64,000 nucleotides of DNA from Balanoglossus misakiensis (GCA_040954595.2 CM082589.2:5036213-5100212), one strand, 5' to 3'. Shown: positions 41,212 to 55,585, counted from the first letter of the stretch. A program made the numbers and translations. Notes: a model not told the origin generated them from the sequence alone.

Positions 41212-44200
41212 TCAGTAATCTCTCCTCTTTCCCCTCCGATACCCACTGGGTCCAGCCCCTCTGTAATTCTGACTGACTCTACGTTCACCATCGTTGTACA
41301 TCCCATCGAAGACACTGTAACTGCTAGAAGAGCTACCGGCCCTATACTGCCCAGTGTAGCTGCTCTCTTGCGAGTCTTCTTCCATGCTTAGCAGATCCAC
41401 GATGGCGCTCATTATCTTCCCTTCCCGGCAGCTGCGGTTCCAGTCGGTGATCCCGGGATTGGTGATCTTGTATTCCAGCACCTCGTCCAGCTCTTTCCTT
41501 AGTTCCTGACAAATCAAAGAGAAAAACCACTTATTTGTTTTCGTACGTACACAATTTGCAGTTTGGGCAAACATTGCCCCCCTGAATTATAATCAGCCAT
41601 GAATATTTCAATATATCAACCACACACAGCAAATGGTTGTTACGCCATGGACATTTAAATACGCCTGATAATTACATGCAGAACAAAAATATCTTTTCAT
41701 GCGAGCTTTGCGCACCTCAAAGGATTAACAAATTACACTATTTTCGATGAGTGTTTCAATCAGCATTTGGGATTTTTTCCGCATGTTTGTTGCAAATAAA
41801 ATAGTTTACACTGCTGCGAGCAATATTTCTGGATCACGGCGGCTGAATGACTAAACTCGAAAATGTGTGAAATGCAGACAGAATACAGGAATCATACCTT
41901 GACAAGTCCTGCTATTCTCGGCGACGACTGGAAGATAATCCAGTCGTCGACTCTGATGACGTCTTGTCCTTCATCCGTTCCCATACTGACGTCACCACCG
42001 AAGAACAGCAATGGATACGGCTGCATCACAGAACTGTCATGAAGAAACACCTGAAAGAAGAAAATTTTATCTTTATGGCCCTCATACGTATTTTTGCACC
42101 CAAAATCATATGGCAAAAGGGTCCCAATCTTTGATCGGTTCTTCTATCATATACCTGTCTGAATAGTAAAATATGTTCCGTGACATTATATATAACAAGA
42201 GAGCAAACTTGAATTTGATGGATAATCCAGACAAGTAAAAGCCCTATCCCCTCATGGACTGTTACTCAAAATGCCCTGAGTGTGAAATTCAAATGAAAGT
42301 ATTTTCCCAATTAGAATACATACTTTGGACGATTTGATCTTCTCGTAATAGACCATCCATTTGCCTGGCAGATCTTTCACATTAGCGTTCACTGATTTCT
42401 GATGCAGGCAGACTTTGCCATCTGACTGGGTGTATAACTTTTGATACCTGGGGGAAGGGGAGGGGGGGGGGGAGGAAATCACGGTTATTGAAGCAGCCAT
42501 GTAATAAAATATTCAACACATGTGTATTGGACATTTACATAATACAATCCAAATAAGCTTCAGACAATCCGACTTTGGTGGAGAAAAACTGCAAGACCAG
42601 TGTGAACTGAAATAGCAAAGTATATGTTGTATCTTACTTACTTCGAAGAGTGGTCGATTTTTACAACATTGGGATACAGTCCAGCACAGACAACAGCTTT
42701 TATCAGGTTCTCATTTCCTGCAGTGAACAAAGAAATAATACCAAAATTTCAACTCCGAAACATGAATTATTGACATTCTTTTGGGCCATTTCTGGGCCAA
42801 TATTTTGAGCCTCTCCCCACTATTGAATGGATATAACTTGAAAGGTCACTTTGTATGCAAATACCTGAATTCCTATTGGCTGCCATTTGTTTACAAATTG
42901 AATTCTGAACAAGGCCAGCGTCACACAGGTATTCACAAAACTGTGTCTTCATTCCGTCTAACATCTAAAGGCAAGATAAAATAATGATGATGCAAATAAA
43001 TTCTAATACAGAATATACATTGTCTTTAATAGTCTGTAAACTTTAAATCTTAACATTGTAAAACTTCTAGAGCAACAGATGCAGTTTGTATACCTTAAGA
43101 GTGTTTATTGACAGGAAATTCTCCCAACAGAAGTCTTTCTCCGCTCTCCATCCCGATCTCTTGGTATCTTCCCATGCTCGGAAAGTCTTCACTAACATCA
43201 AGTGGTCACTGTTGCTTCCCTCGGATAGAATCTTCCTCTGTTTGTCGGCGAGCTCCTCTTTGCCCTGAAAAGATTCGTCCATATTTGATTCTTTGTTGTA
43301 CTGTCGCACATAAAACAATATGCCAGTATTTGAACTGAGGCGTTTCAGAAACAATCCAATGGTCCTTGTGTGAACTCCATACATGTGTTCTAACACACGC
43401 AGGCGATATGCACACCTACCAAGGGTATAATGAATGGGTCTTTGAAGCTGAGACTGGCCGCAATGGTGAGGACTGGGTCCAGGCAACAGAACATGGCGCC
43501 AAACAGGATCATTTTACCGATGCGCGGCTCAACTGGAAGTCTTGCAAGATGATAGCCTAGGGGTGTCAAGTTCTCGTGACTGTCAATGGCATTCTAAAAA
43601 ATAACGGAAAGATTAACAGAGAAATGACCGTAAACATGTTCTGTGTGATAGAAAGTGCATCGGATATCAGTGACACTGTTGTCTACTACATCACACAAAA
43701 CTGGTCATTTGGCACCATAGTGTATTGAGTCACAATATACTCACCAGTTGCCTAAGATTGTTCTTAGCGAGCTGCACAGCTTGGGGTGACGGGTTATCCA
43801 GAGATTTGCCAATGAATTCTTCAATGTAGCCTAATTTCAGCAGCTGCAGGAGTGAGATAACAGGGAGTTTTTAATTCAATTTTGAGAAATATTGGATCCC
43901 TGAGAGAGAAATTCACAAAAGCACATTCTCCAAGTTTTTTTCACTAAATGTTTGTGAAATTCTAAGTATCATGAAACTTCATCTGTGCTCAAAACTTTAA
44001 GAGTCGGTGCTTCAAAAATGCTGGACGTACCCTGACTTGTAGACACACTTCTTCGAGCGGTGTCCTCAACATTTCTGGTAACTGGTACTCGGCCATCATA
44101 TCAGCTCGTAGTTGCGTGAACATGTGGTAACAATAGCCGTGTTGGACCCTGCAAAGCAACGCCAGTAAAAATTGCTAATACCTGTTAAAGGGGCATTACC

Positions 44201-47200
44201 TGTATCTTTGGGCTGTATTTCTAGTATCTTTGTTCTATGTATCAAATGCAATTTCTTGTCCTACTCCAAACAGCACGCCAATATACCCAGTGCTCTACTC
44301 GTCAACATAGCCTTAATAGTAATATGGCTTAATGAAGGTTTTAGAGGACAGGGAATATATTTCAAGTATTTTACTGTGGAAAAAAATATGCGAAATTTGG
44401 CAGTTATAGGGGCTTTAAAGTGCTTGCTCGTTTGTTGTACCAGGTGCATTTGTCGTACCTTCCGGCCCTGCCTTTCCTCTGAACAGACGCGGCTTTACTG
44501 ACCCATTCCGGTTTCAGTGTTTTGAGGTTGTTCTCCACATCGTAATTGCTCTCCTTAGTCTTGCCAGAGTCAATCACATGAACCACGTCATCGATGGTGA
44601 TGCTGGTCTCTGCGATGTTGGTGGCAATGATGATCTTGTGGACACCAGGCGGTGGTCGTTCAAACACCTGCCGTGAAAGTCATGACGCAAGCTGTTGAGT
44701 TTGAGTTTAATTGAGCACAAATTTCCGTCCTAATGATAAACTCTTACTATTCTCAGCATCCAAAACTGTGTGACTTGCCTGTCTTTGGTTGGTCGTGGGC
44801 ATCATTGAATGCAACGGGATTATGAGAAAATTCTCCGAATTGAACATTGAATCCTTCAGCAGCAACTCGTTGATCTTGCTGATGTCAGTCCAGCCAGGAA
44901 CGAACACCAGTATTGCACCATCCTGAAAGGAGACGATTCACATGGTGAGATATGAGCTGAAAGGTGGGATGTCGAAAATCAACAGGATTCTTTACAGCCT
45001 GTTTTGCGAATCATTTTCTCACCGAGTTCCCTGTTATGTGAATCAGAATGGTAGATGAAGGTTCTCAAGTCAAATCCTGTTAATTGTACATGTACAGTCA
45101 AACCTGTTGTAATCCCTATACCCAGACCATGTAGACATGGAATTGCAAATGAACACAGACTCACCTCACCGTTGAGAACAATGTGTCGAATCAATGCAAC
45201 AATCATGTCAACATTCAGATCATCCTCGTCCAAACTCTGTACTCTCTCCACAACGTCTTCAGGATAGCTGAATTAGAAAAGAAACAAGACATAGGAATGA
45301 AATCGTTCTGTATCAGTGACACCTAAGTTGGATCGCTCTTCCCTCTTAAATAGATGAACTCACCTATCTTTAATAGATTCTAAGTATTCAATCTGTCTTC
45401 TCTCAAATTCCTCGTCTTTTCTCATTTGTTCTTCGCTTTTTCTCTTGTTTTTCATGAATTTCCAGTAATACGGTCTGCGTTTCTGTCTGCCCTCGCGAGC
45501 AGGTACTGGTCTAAACCTGGTCAGATATAAATTGAGTTTATTGCAGAAAGCTTACTAGCGGTGTATGTAAGCTACTTAGTATTGCACAAGGAGGTTTATT
45601 GAATTAAATAATAAAGACTGCAGCTGTAAACCTTCAAGGCTTGTAAGGCTAAAGAGATTTGCCCAAAGCAAAGGTTTATAGTAACACACTTGTAAATTTC
45701 CAAGTACACGCTGTCATTGACATAAATTAAATTGAAACATTCCCATAACACTGATCACCTTCATCCTAACAGAAAAATTCACACATTTCTACATGCAAAC
45801 TTCAAACAACAAATTTCTGGTTGTTAATGTACGGTAGACTATGAAAAAACATGGTTGCCGTGGTTTCTGAACAAAACAAGCTAGGATGACAAGCACAGTT
45901 GCTTTCACTTTTATGATCCAGATGCTTTACCCTGTCTGCTGCAAAATGTCCTCTACCCAGTATTCCGTCACCGGGAAGGTAAATCCCGGAATTGTCATCA
46001 TGGGGCAGTCGCCAAAGTAACTGGAGAACTTCTCCGCATTCAGGGTGGCGCTCATAAGAATCAGCTTCAAATCCGGTCTGAAGATAAATGGAAAAAAAAT
46101 GATTTTGAAGCTCATCAGAGCAGAAGCAGCTTTGAGTTTACATTCAACGACCAGACAATCTTATGTTCAATGAAGAGGGTGTGAGTGTCACAATCAAATC
46201 ATCATTTTGCACCTGATGAGCTCTGACATCATTCAGACGTCAAAGTATGTTACCAAGTACCCACTTACCTGAGGGGGAGTACATCTCTCAAGATAATAAT
46301 CAGGAAATCAGACACTATATTGCGTTCGTGGACCTCATCCAGAATGATGTGACTCAGACCTTTCAACATCCTGTGATTTAGACGAGAATTATGAAGTCAT
46401 CAGTGATCAGAGTCAACCAGTCACAAGACTTGGTAGACTGACAAACTATACAGAGACTTTGAATTTTACTTATGCTTACTTATATGCAGCTCATAATACA
46501 GTGAAGCCTATCATTACGGACATCTCTCTAAGCAGGACACCTCACTTCAGCTCTATTAAGGACAGATCTTTCAAGACAAAGTTCATTGTTTGAGTAGAAT
46601 TATATTACCTCTCTATTAAGGACACCTCTCTATTAAGGACAGATTGTCTGGTCCCCGAGGTGTCCTTAATAGACAGGTTTCACTGTAATTGAGAGATGAC
46701 AACTTACGGATCGCCCTGAAGCCACTTAAGCAATATTCCAGTCGTACAGTACACTATAGACCCTTGTTGCCGCGGTAACTTGGCTTCTAATCTGATCTGG
46801 TATCCAACACTCATACCATCGCCCACGGTCTCACCTCTCTCATCTGCGACTCTCTCTGCAACCTGATGAGACAATGGTGTTCTCAATATGATGCCCATTT
46901 TCTGTTTGTCAATAAGTCATGTGGGTGTGTGTGTACTGATCATCGTCCCATTGCACAGATGCAATGTATTCATCATGTTAACTAGGAAATTTATGGAACT
47001 GTTGGAAGAAAGACTTACTGATACAGCACTGATTCTTCTGGGCTGTGTACAAACTATCCTACAAAGACTACCATTGCCTTCATCGATAAAATCATCCAGG
47101 ATGAACTGGGCCACCTACAAAAAGATGAAATTTGCAACTAGAAAATGTATGTGTGAATATATATGGCTGCATGTTAAAATGATTACCCAGCAAGGTTTGT

Positions 47201-48209
47201 TGTACTTCACATGTCCGAAAGTCAAGTGTTTTCCTGGTACCAAACCTTGTTGTAAAACTGTGTGTTATCTTACCTGAGTTGTTTTACCACATCCCGTCTC
47301 ACCACTTATCACACAGACTTGATTCGAACGGATTAGTCCCAACACCTCCTGTGAGTAACATTCAATTGTCAATGAAATTATTAAATGTGTGTGTAACATG
47401 GTCTGAATACCGACGCCAAAGTGAATGCCCATAACTTAACTAATACCTTGTCACTTTTTAATTGCCAAAGAAAGTTTCCAAATGATGAAGACACACTTCA
47501 ATAATAATAACATACCTCTCGCATCTTATAAGTTGGTAATTTCATCCTACAGTCTTGCATGTTACGGTATCTCCGATTCCGAACCCTTTTGTTGTCCAAC
47601 TCTTCTTTTACCTCATTGTCAACGGCACTGTTTTTCATCAACGGTTTACTGTAATATCTCTTTACAGGGTTCTCTGAATTTCTGACCGTGTCACTACTGC
47701 AAGATTCTGTTGGGTCCTCGAGCTCTCTCTTCACAGCTTTGTCATTCTCGATGTCTTGCAACAACTTGGCTATATGGTTCTCTTGGCTTCTGTCCATGTT
47801 GACTTTTGGCCTCTGAAAGTGAAGAGTTTGGTTGAGTGGGATTATCAATATGTACAGTTTAATGACTGAATACGAATGTACAACTTGAGCAATGTGTAAC
47901 CCCCCACCCACAACAACAACAACACCGAAGCATCAGGACTACAATTATTGTACCGGTTATTTTATGTTTCAAATACATAAGCGACTTTACCTGCGCGATC
48001 TCATTTTGTCTTTTCTTTTCCTTTCCTCTCCTGGCATACCAGAGTCCGATTTCCTTTCCCTTCAAACCTCGCGGGGGTCTTCCCCCACGGCCGCGCCAGC
48101 CCCTTCCCGCATATCCGCCTCCACCACTGTCTTCCGTGTCTTGGTCTGGTTGGCCACCACCTCTGTTGTAATATCTCCCATGTCCACGATTCTTACCCTG
48201 GTATGACAT
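41212..48209 (-). CDS. DHX36: ATP-dependent DNA/RNA helicase DHX36 (G4 resolvase/RHAU), multi-exon
   Basis: DHX36-specific motif [17 protein letters not shown] after an RGG-rich N-terminus; [62 protein letters not shown]; HA2 and OB-fold C-terminal exons. Confidence 0.96.
46499..46685. mobile_element. 187-bp Tc1/mariner-pogo (Tigger-like) MITE in a DHX36 intron
   Basis: TA|CAGTGAAGCCTATC...GACAGGTTTCACTG|TA termini with TA TSD; internal repeats of CTCTATTAAGGACA. Confidence 0.8.
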
Positions 48210-48962
48210 GGTGTATATCGAATAAATAGGGTTTGTTTACACACGTTTTACTCAGAGAGAACGTATTTCCTGAAATCACAAGGAGGATGATCGATGACAA
48301 GGATTCAAGTTTCAACCACGGTTACTCTACACAACCAGTAAATGGGGATCGGCTGCTGTGGATAGCTCCGCAAAGGCCCTTCAAACCATGGAGCTGCAGC
48401 AGAAGTTTCCGCGTTTCGATTTAAGAAATTGTAGACCACTATTAGTCTTGATCTTGTCTCTGTCTGCAATCTACTGCTGCAGTCGACATTTTGTGCATGT
48501 TTTCATTAGCATTAGATTCACACTCGAGTTACAAGACGATTATTCTGAACGAAACCTCGTGCTCTTAGCGTGAGAAATATCAATCTTCAAGACTAATCAT
48601 TTCCTAAATTTTATTAAATGGGGGATTAGGAATCATCCCTATGACATTATCAGGGTTTTACCCCTAGAATACATAATTAATTCACGTCAAGCGAATATGA
48701 TTCTAAGGCTGTGTCCATTTTGATCACGACCCTCCAACGTTCTCAATATTCTTACAGTCAAAGGTCAATGACTTTTACAGCAATAAGATAGGGGGTTATT
48801 TATGTTTGGTCATGTGATATACCGTTACATGCATGTACGTTGCGAAGAGGAAAGGTGAGGGTTTCTGTCGACTCTGAAAACCACGGGATATAAATTGGAT
48901 CGGACTAAGCAATTTTATTTTGTTTACCCACGGATAAAGTGTGAACAGTTTTAGTTCCAGTC

Positions 48963-50843
48963 ATGCCTGCTGATTTAGCGAAAATAGCTGGCAACCTGGT
49001 GAAAAATGTTGCAAGTGGCGAGGTAAGTCACAAGTTTCCATTAAATATGTAAGGCACAGTCGAGATGTGTTACACAACGTCAGGACACCTGCAGACCGTC
49101 GCGTCGTCGCTCGTCCAAAACCAAATGTGATTTGCTTCGTTCGGATAAGATGTATGTGTATAAAATCGTATATTCATAATAATATTAATTTCTGGGGGTA
49201 TTACACGGGTAAGATTTGCACTCAAGTAAATTAAAGGCAGTATGTTCTTGTGTAATCATTCCTACTATAGTTATGTAATGTGTATGACTGCTCATCACAT
49301 GCTAAATAGCACTGTGAAGTGTGACTATGTCAATTTATTCAAGAAACAGTTACTTACTCATTTTCCTAATTGGGGGGGGGGGGGTGGAATGATATGAAAA
49401 TAAAAATACCCGGTAGATGTCAAACCACAGGGGCCTCAGATTGACAAACAAATGAATGAATGAATGAATGAATGAATGAATGGGTAACAATTTTTTTCTC
49501 AATTCTAGCTTACAGGATTTTGGAAATGCTAAATTCAGAAAAATGTGGAATGTTATCTCACATTAACTTTGATATTCATGTATTGGATCTTTATTTGCAG
49601 TCTGTAAAACTTGAGTCTTTCTGGGCATCACAGGCTTGTGTGATCACTTTTCTGCGTCGATTTGGGTGACAGTTGTGCAGGCTGGGAGCGCGAGAGCTCA
49701 GCTCTCTGAAGCCCCAGCTGGATGCACATGATGTCCGTCTCATTGGTGTCGGTTTGGAAGAACTTGGTGTGGAAGAATTTGTCAAGGATAAATACTTTGC
49801 TGGAGGTATGAACTGTTTATATTTGTTGTCTGTTGGTGTTTTATATTATGCAGTCCTACTATGGAGAGGATTGTAAATGTTTGTAATTCTTTTGCATTCA
49901 CTTTGCACATGCACTTTGATTGTCTACTTTTTAAACAATCTAAAAATGAATGATTTCTGTATTATCAGATTTGTTGAATATTAATGTGAAAAGTTTTTTT
50001 TTTTTATTTCCGAACTTAGAATTGTACATTGACACCAAGAAGCAATGTTACAAAGACATGGGGTACAGAAGAATGAATTTCTTCAACATGTTTCCATCAG
50101 TATTCAAGTCCCGGTCAACTATGAACAAGGTAAGCCAATTTCTGCTCTGTTATGTGTAGGCCAATCATGTGAGTCTGCGAGAGTCTAACCTTTGATGTAA
50201 TTTGATATTTTAGGGTATGCCCGTAAATGGCTGGCTCATATGTAGCTTTGACTTCTGTTCATACAATCTTTCAGGCAAAAAAAGAACATGTGAGTGGTAA
50301 TCTTAGTGGTGATGGGATGCAAAATGGTGGTGTTCTTGTAATAAGCAAAGGTAAGGCTATACACATTGAAGTAAAAATTTAATATTCCTTGAACTCATCT
50401 CAAATATCTTTAAAATTTGGACAGAAATGTGCAAAATACTGAAAATAGCACCCATGAAAAAATCACTTGGGAGACATGATTTTAAAAAGAGACGAAGCAA
50501 TCATTTCAGATTTCTAGACTGAAAAAGTTGTCTTCAAATTGGCCTTTGATTGAAATGATATCTCATCTCCAGTGAAACATATCCTTTTTTTTCAGCTTGA
50601 GGGCAGAATCCTTTGAATCACGTCAATTGGACTAATTTAATTTCCTTGTTTTCTCTTGAACTTTCAGGGGGTGATAAAGTACTGTTAGATTTCCGTCAGG
50701 AGAATCCAGGTGACCATGTACCCCTGGAAGATGTGTTGAAAGCCCTGGGAATTGAAGGCAAGCCTGCCGCACCAGCTGATGGCGCTAGTGGGGGGAAACC
50801 AAAAGTTGAGTGCAACGATGATGTGTGCACCATTCAGAAATAA
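48963..50843 (+). CDS. PRXL2B: PRXL2B/FAM213B (prostamide/PGF synthase, SelU family) selenoprotein, ~208 aa; exons 48963-49022, 49601-49805, 50020-50129, 50275-50350, 50668-50843; Sec codon TGA at 49667-49669
   Basis: CVITFLRRFG-TGA-QLCRLGARELSSLKPQLDAHDVRLIGVGLEELGVEEF; ELYID; GNLSGDGMQNGG; GGDKVLLDFRQENPGDHVPLEDVLKALGI. The TGA occupies the first position of the CxxC motif. Confidence 0.92.
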
Positions 50844-51382
50844 GAAACAGTGCCACATCATTTTCAACTCCTGAAATTTCCATACGCACAACTGTACTGG
50901 TCAAATCCCCATTCCTGACACAGGCAGCACCTAGCTTTTCGATATGTTGGCATATAATTTAGTTGATGAAAGAGATACATTAACACAACTTTGTTTTCAT
51001 GCTGATCACTTCACATTGTCATCAGCAAATGTGCAAAATGATACTGACCCTTTTGTGCCAAATTGAATGTTCTCAAAGTCACTGATACATTCCTACACTA
51101 AGTTTTCTTCAGGTATTCATAGAGGAATTTGTTTAACAATGTCATTTTATGCAGGTGATATGAAACTATTTGTAACCCTTTCACCGCTGTACAGGTAAAA
51201 GTGGTTCAGTCCATTGTCGAGAGACTGGAGCAACGCACAATATAGTGGGGGTGGATGGTAGGGGGGATGATGAAGGGCCTATAAAACTCTGTAGTTGTAG
51301 AGTTAGTAATGCAATTAGGTGTCAATTTTTATCATTAGAAATTGAGAATCAGAATATTCTGAGATTGGAACTTTGTATTAAA

Positions 51383-51460
51383 CAGTGGCCTTGCAGATTG
51401 ATGATGTCAGTGTTGGAAACTTAAATCAAGTGTATGCTGACTGAGGACATTTCTGGCTGC
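51383..51460 (+). promoter_or_regulatory. SECIS element (type II) in the PRXL2B 3' UTR
   Basis: ATGA at 51401; helix II GTCAGTGT pairs with ATGCTGAC; AAA at 51417-51419, 12 nt after ATGA; apical mini-helix CTT-aaatc-AAG; TGAG at 51442-51445 completes the non-Watson-Crick quartet. Confidence 0.85.
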
Positions 51461-51816
51461 CATTTTGTTTTTTTTTAAAGTGTCATCTCAGAAATTCATG
51501 CTTCTCTGTCAAATCTGAAGTTACACCACCCACTAAGTTAATTTAATATTTTATCTAGTCAATTACGATTTACCAAATCCTTAAAGATACATCATTTTCT
51601 ACAGGCAACAAAGTATTTATTTGCAATACTTTTGATAAATTCAGACAGAGGAAAGATTTTGACATGATTATAGTAAATAAAATGCGATTTTCACAACAAG
51701 TTCGGTCATCATTTTATTGAATTCTGGTCTATTACTTGTACATTTTTTGTCAAGTGTGGAAAGACCTCGACCAGTATTTTGCTACTGACATACATAATCC
51801 ACATGTTCTTTTCAGA

Positions 51817-54800
51817 TCACCAAAAGTTTGTGACGATGTTCACATATGCAAACCTGTACTGATCCGAGTTAGTGTTCCTGACCAACACTCTGGCATGCTT
51901 GTTCGCATGCTTTTCTTTCAGCAACTGGGAGAGCCCTGGCAGAGTGCAGTACCCTATGGCACAGCCAGCGCCTGTGCTGAATGTGTGACTGCCCTCACAG
52001 ACATATCCGAATATCTGCCTGCTGCTTGAATTTCTCACGCTGGTAACACCATCAGAGCACGCTTCTACTTGAGATTTCAGTGTCTCTGTCACTCGCTTGT
52101 CCAACTCGGTCATGGTTTTCTTCTTTTTGCATTTCTTTTCCAGTTTTTTTAGCGCGTGCTGGGGGTCCTTGTGAGGTGGCTCCGTTGGGCCACCGTACTG
52201 GGGGTTCTGTCCAAGCATCTGTAGATCCTCGGAAGTTGGCAGACACACCATTGCAAAGGCTGTGGCCACACCCCTGTGGATCATTCTCAGCTTCACACAA
52301 ATCAAAGCGTTTTGGCAGTGTTGCATAGAGTGTGAAAGCGTCTGGCTTGTTGAATCAGCAGTGTCTCTGCTCGCTTGGCATAGTCTGGCCAGGCAGTTCA
52401 GTTGCGTCCGGGATCTCACAACAAAGAACGCATTGTCAGTTTTCTCGACTTTCTTTCTCTTGCCTTTATCCGCGACACTCTGGGCATCTGATGTTTTCCA
52501 GTCGTTGACGAGTTGATCCCAGGGGCAATGGAAAGGCGTCGCAGTGCCCAGCTTGGTAAAGTTGGGCCTCTTGTCCGGAGGGTATCTACCGTACTTCTCC
52601 TCGCACAGTCGCTCCCTCTCGACGCTTGCCTCGTCACAGGCGCGCGTGTCTGGGTACGCGTACGGGAAGTGCGGCAGCGCCTGCTGCTCGGACGCAGACT
52701 GCGATTCTCTCTCCCCTCCCGCCCGGGCGCCTCTGTACACCAGCGCCACCCAGAACGCCATCCCCCAGTCGCTGGGCAGCACCACGTCCCACCCGCTTCC
52801 CAGCCCCAGGTGGCTCTGCGTGGACTGCGACGAGGCGCGTTCCTGGTCGCTCTGCCGACATCCCGGGTTCTGGAGAAGCAGGACCGGGATCCTAGACTCT
52901 TCCCTTCCCAGCTGCGGGTCTGAGCCCGGAATCAGCTGCTGTGATCGCCTCCTGTTCAGCTGATCCACCGATAATTTGTCCTGTGATACCCTCTTTCTTA
53001 CGCTGTGTTCCCAGATTGGAGAATGACTCGCATGAACAGGAAGAGTTGTGGAGAGTTCTACTCTATCTTGCGGATTTGGATCTAAAGATTTAAAAAAATT
53101 TTGGGGGTAAAAATCACTGGATATTCAAAACATCTTGTTGGTTTTGCAATTGTCAGTAAATTCTTCTTGGCAATTCGGAAAAAGTGTCATGTAAATCTTT
53201 CAATTCTTTTAACTCTTTCAGTTTCATCTCTATGGGTAAGTCCAACTCCGCCCTTCTTCATGACAATGACCTCTCGAGAAGGAAAACGGGAGGAAATCCC
53301 AAGATTTATCATAGACTGCTGACGACTTACCAGACTTATTTTTGGCAGCTGTCATGACCTTCGTTCTTTTCTGAGGCAAGAGCAGCCTGGGATCTCGCAC
53401 AGTGACCGACATGACACAGCTTGCTGGAAGTTCTTCTGCTCGCCTCACGCTTGTCAGAAGATTCCACATCTCTCTCTGTTTCTCGTGAACTTCTTTCTGT
53501 GTCTGGCTCTGAGGACAGAACGACGATGTCAGTAAAAATGGCGAGTTTGTGGAGTATGGGTCCTAGTTTGCAAACGAGGAGAAATGTGCAAATTCACCAT
53601 AGAAAACCCAAACCATGGTGGGTAAAGGGTTGAGATCTGTGTATGCGTACATGCACACTTACCTGATAGTAAGTCTCCCACCATTTTGGCTGATGCTCAA
53701 CCTCGTCCTCTTCTGAATCCCTATGCTCTGTTGCCTCACCACTGAAATCTGCCGGTTTCAACACGTCGTGAAGAACAGACTGGGACAACGGACCCTGCAG
53801 ACGGAAGCGCAGCAAATTGTCTTTCAGCGCATTGACGCGGACCCCGCTGGTCTTGTTCCTGTAACTTCTCTGTGCCAGAACATCTGATTCAGCATCGTCA
53901 GTTTCACCTTGACTGTCTGAGACAGTTTTCTCATCTTCAGTCTTTAGCCGTTTCTCCTTCTTTTTCTTCTTCTTGCGGGGGACAGCGTCACAGACTGAGT
54001 TGATTTCGTCCAGCACCTCCTCGTAGCTTGACGGGTGACACCAAATCCAGAGCTGTCTCACTTCCGTGCTGCTATACTTCTCCTCCTTTGCTTCTGTCCC
54101 ATTGGTGGAGGCACTCCCTGAACTGCCATTGGTTGATTCACCCTGGAGGGGTTTCCAGAGTAAATTCACAGGGGCAATGCAACCATGAGGGTACTGGTCC
54201 GATTTGTACAGCATCACTGTTCCGTGCCTTCGACCACTCAGGTAACTCGCTGAAGCAAAGGTCAAACCTGGAAGATAGAGTCTACAAATAGTGGTCTTGC
54301 AAATAGTTGTGTTCAATGACGTAACCATGAAGAACTAAATCAAGGGTAGACAACATGTGTTTTGCTAAAGCTCTGGAGTCTCTTAAACTGGCTTCAGACT
54401 TCAGTTTGTTGTCATCCTGCCTTACCTGTCTCACTGCTGGTCAGGTGACCCAACGCTGTCAACAATACTCCCTGTGGTCCTGTCATTTCGATCACCCCAT
54501 AGTATGAAATATCCTGTGAAACAATCACAAAGGGCATTTTGTTAAAGGCAGGAAAAATATCAGTCTACCTCCATCGAAAACACAATCATAAAACTAGATT
54601 ATATTACAAACATGTTACATTGTACAATTCTAGTCCCCATGGATAGCACAGAGAGACTCTTCTACTAATTCTGATTAGGCACTCAATGACACACTCACCT
54701 GTATAAGGCAGTGGTTAGCCAACGCTCTGTATGCAGCTCTCACACTCTTCTCATTCGGATAGTGAGGGATTTTGTACCCCCACTTTTCGATCATGCGAAA

Positions 54801-55585
54801 TCGCTTGGCGTGCCAAATGTGCGTCTCAAGCCAGACGTGTTTCCTCTTTCTGCGTTCATACTCTGTAAGTAGATTTTGGGGTCTTCTGCGGTGCCGTCTG
54901 GATTTCTTGCCAGTGCTGCCATCTTGTTTCTTTGCCGCCCTTTTGTGTTTTTTCACCTGGCGCAAAACAGAATTTGGGATACACAAATGAATTTCTTGTC
55001 AGGGTACATGAAGTATACGCCTTTTGAAGGTGTGTACGATCGTACAATAGATATGCAAAAACCATACCTCCATTGCTGCCCCTTTCCGTAGTCTCCGTGG
55101 CAACCTCTTGATGTTATGACTCATGGCTCGCCGTCTCATGTGTCTGGGTAGAGTTTGAAACACCTGCCTGCCCCCACTTGTACTACACATCGACTTCATC
55201 ATGGTATTGATTTCAACTGCCCTGGTCTCTGCAAACTCAGCCACATTGATACCTGCAAGACACAGAATTTAATCATGTTGAGGTCGTGCAGAAAATGATC
55301 TGGTGAACTTCTATCACCCATCACCTTCCCTGTTAAATCATCTCAATAAGATTTAATAGTTAGCAAAGAAACAAACTACAAATAAAACAGAAAAGACTCC
55401 TTTCTTATTAAATGGCAAATATTTGCACAAGAGATACAAATGTACTTTATAATGTTATTCATACTTCTTGGAGCCAGGGCCAGCCAATCGATTTCCTTGT
55501 CTGCATCATCAACAATACTGTCAAGACCTCGCTTCCTCTTGCGACTCTTTCTGCTCTTGTCATCAGTCTCTAGTGTTGCCTCCAT
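51817..55585 (-). CDS. POP1: Ribonuclease P/MRP protein subunit POP1, multi-exon
   Basis: [25 protein letters not shown]; [23 protein letters not shown]; QLWIWCHPS; [27 protein letters not shown]; [13 protein letters not shown]; C-terminal [14 protein letters not shown]. The start codon is slightly uncertain (possible upstream exon near 56000). Confidence 0.95.

Noticed and set aside
49472-49876. PRXL2B as a pseudogene with a premature stop
   Set aside because: The TGA sits at the redox Cys position and a SECIS is present, so selenocysteine is the better explanation.
52513-52963. Several overlapping plus-strand ORFs
   Set aside because: Antisense shadows of a GC-rich POP1 exon with no recognisable motifs.
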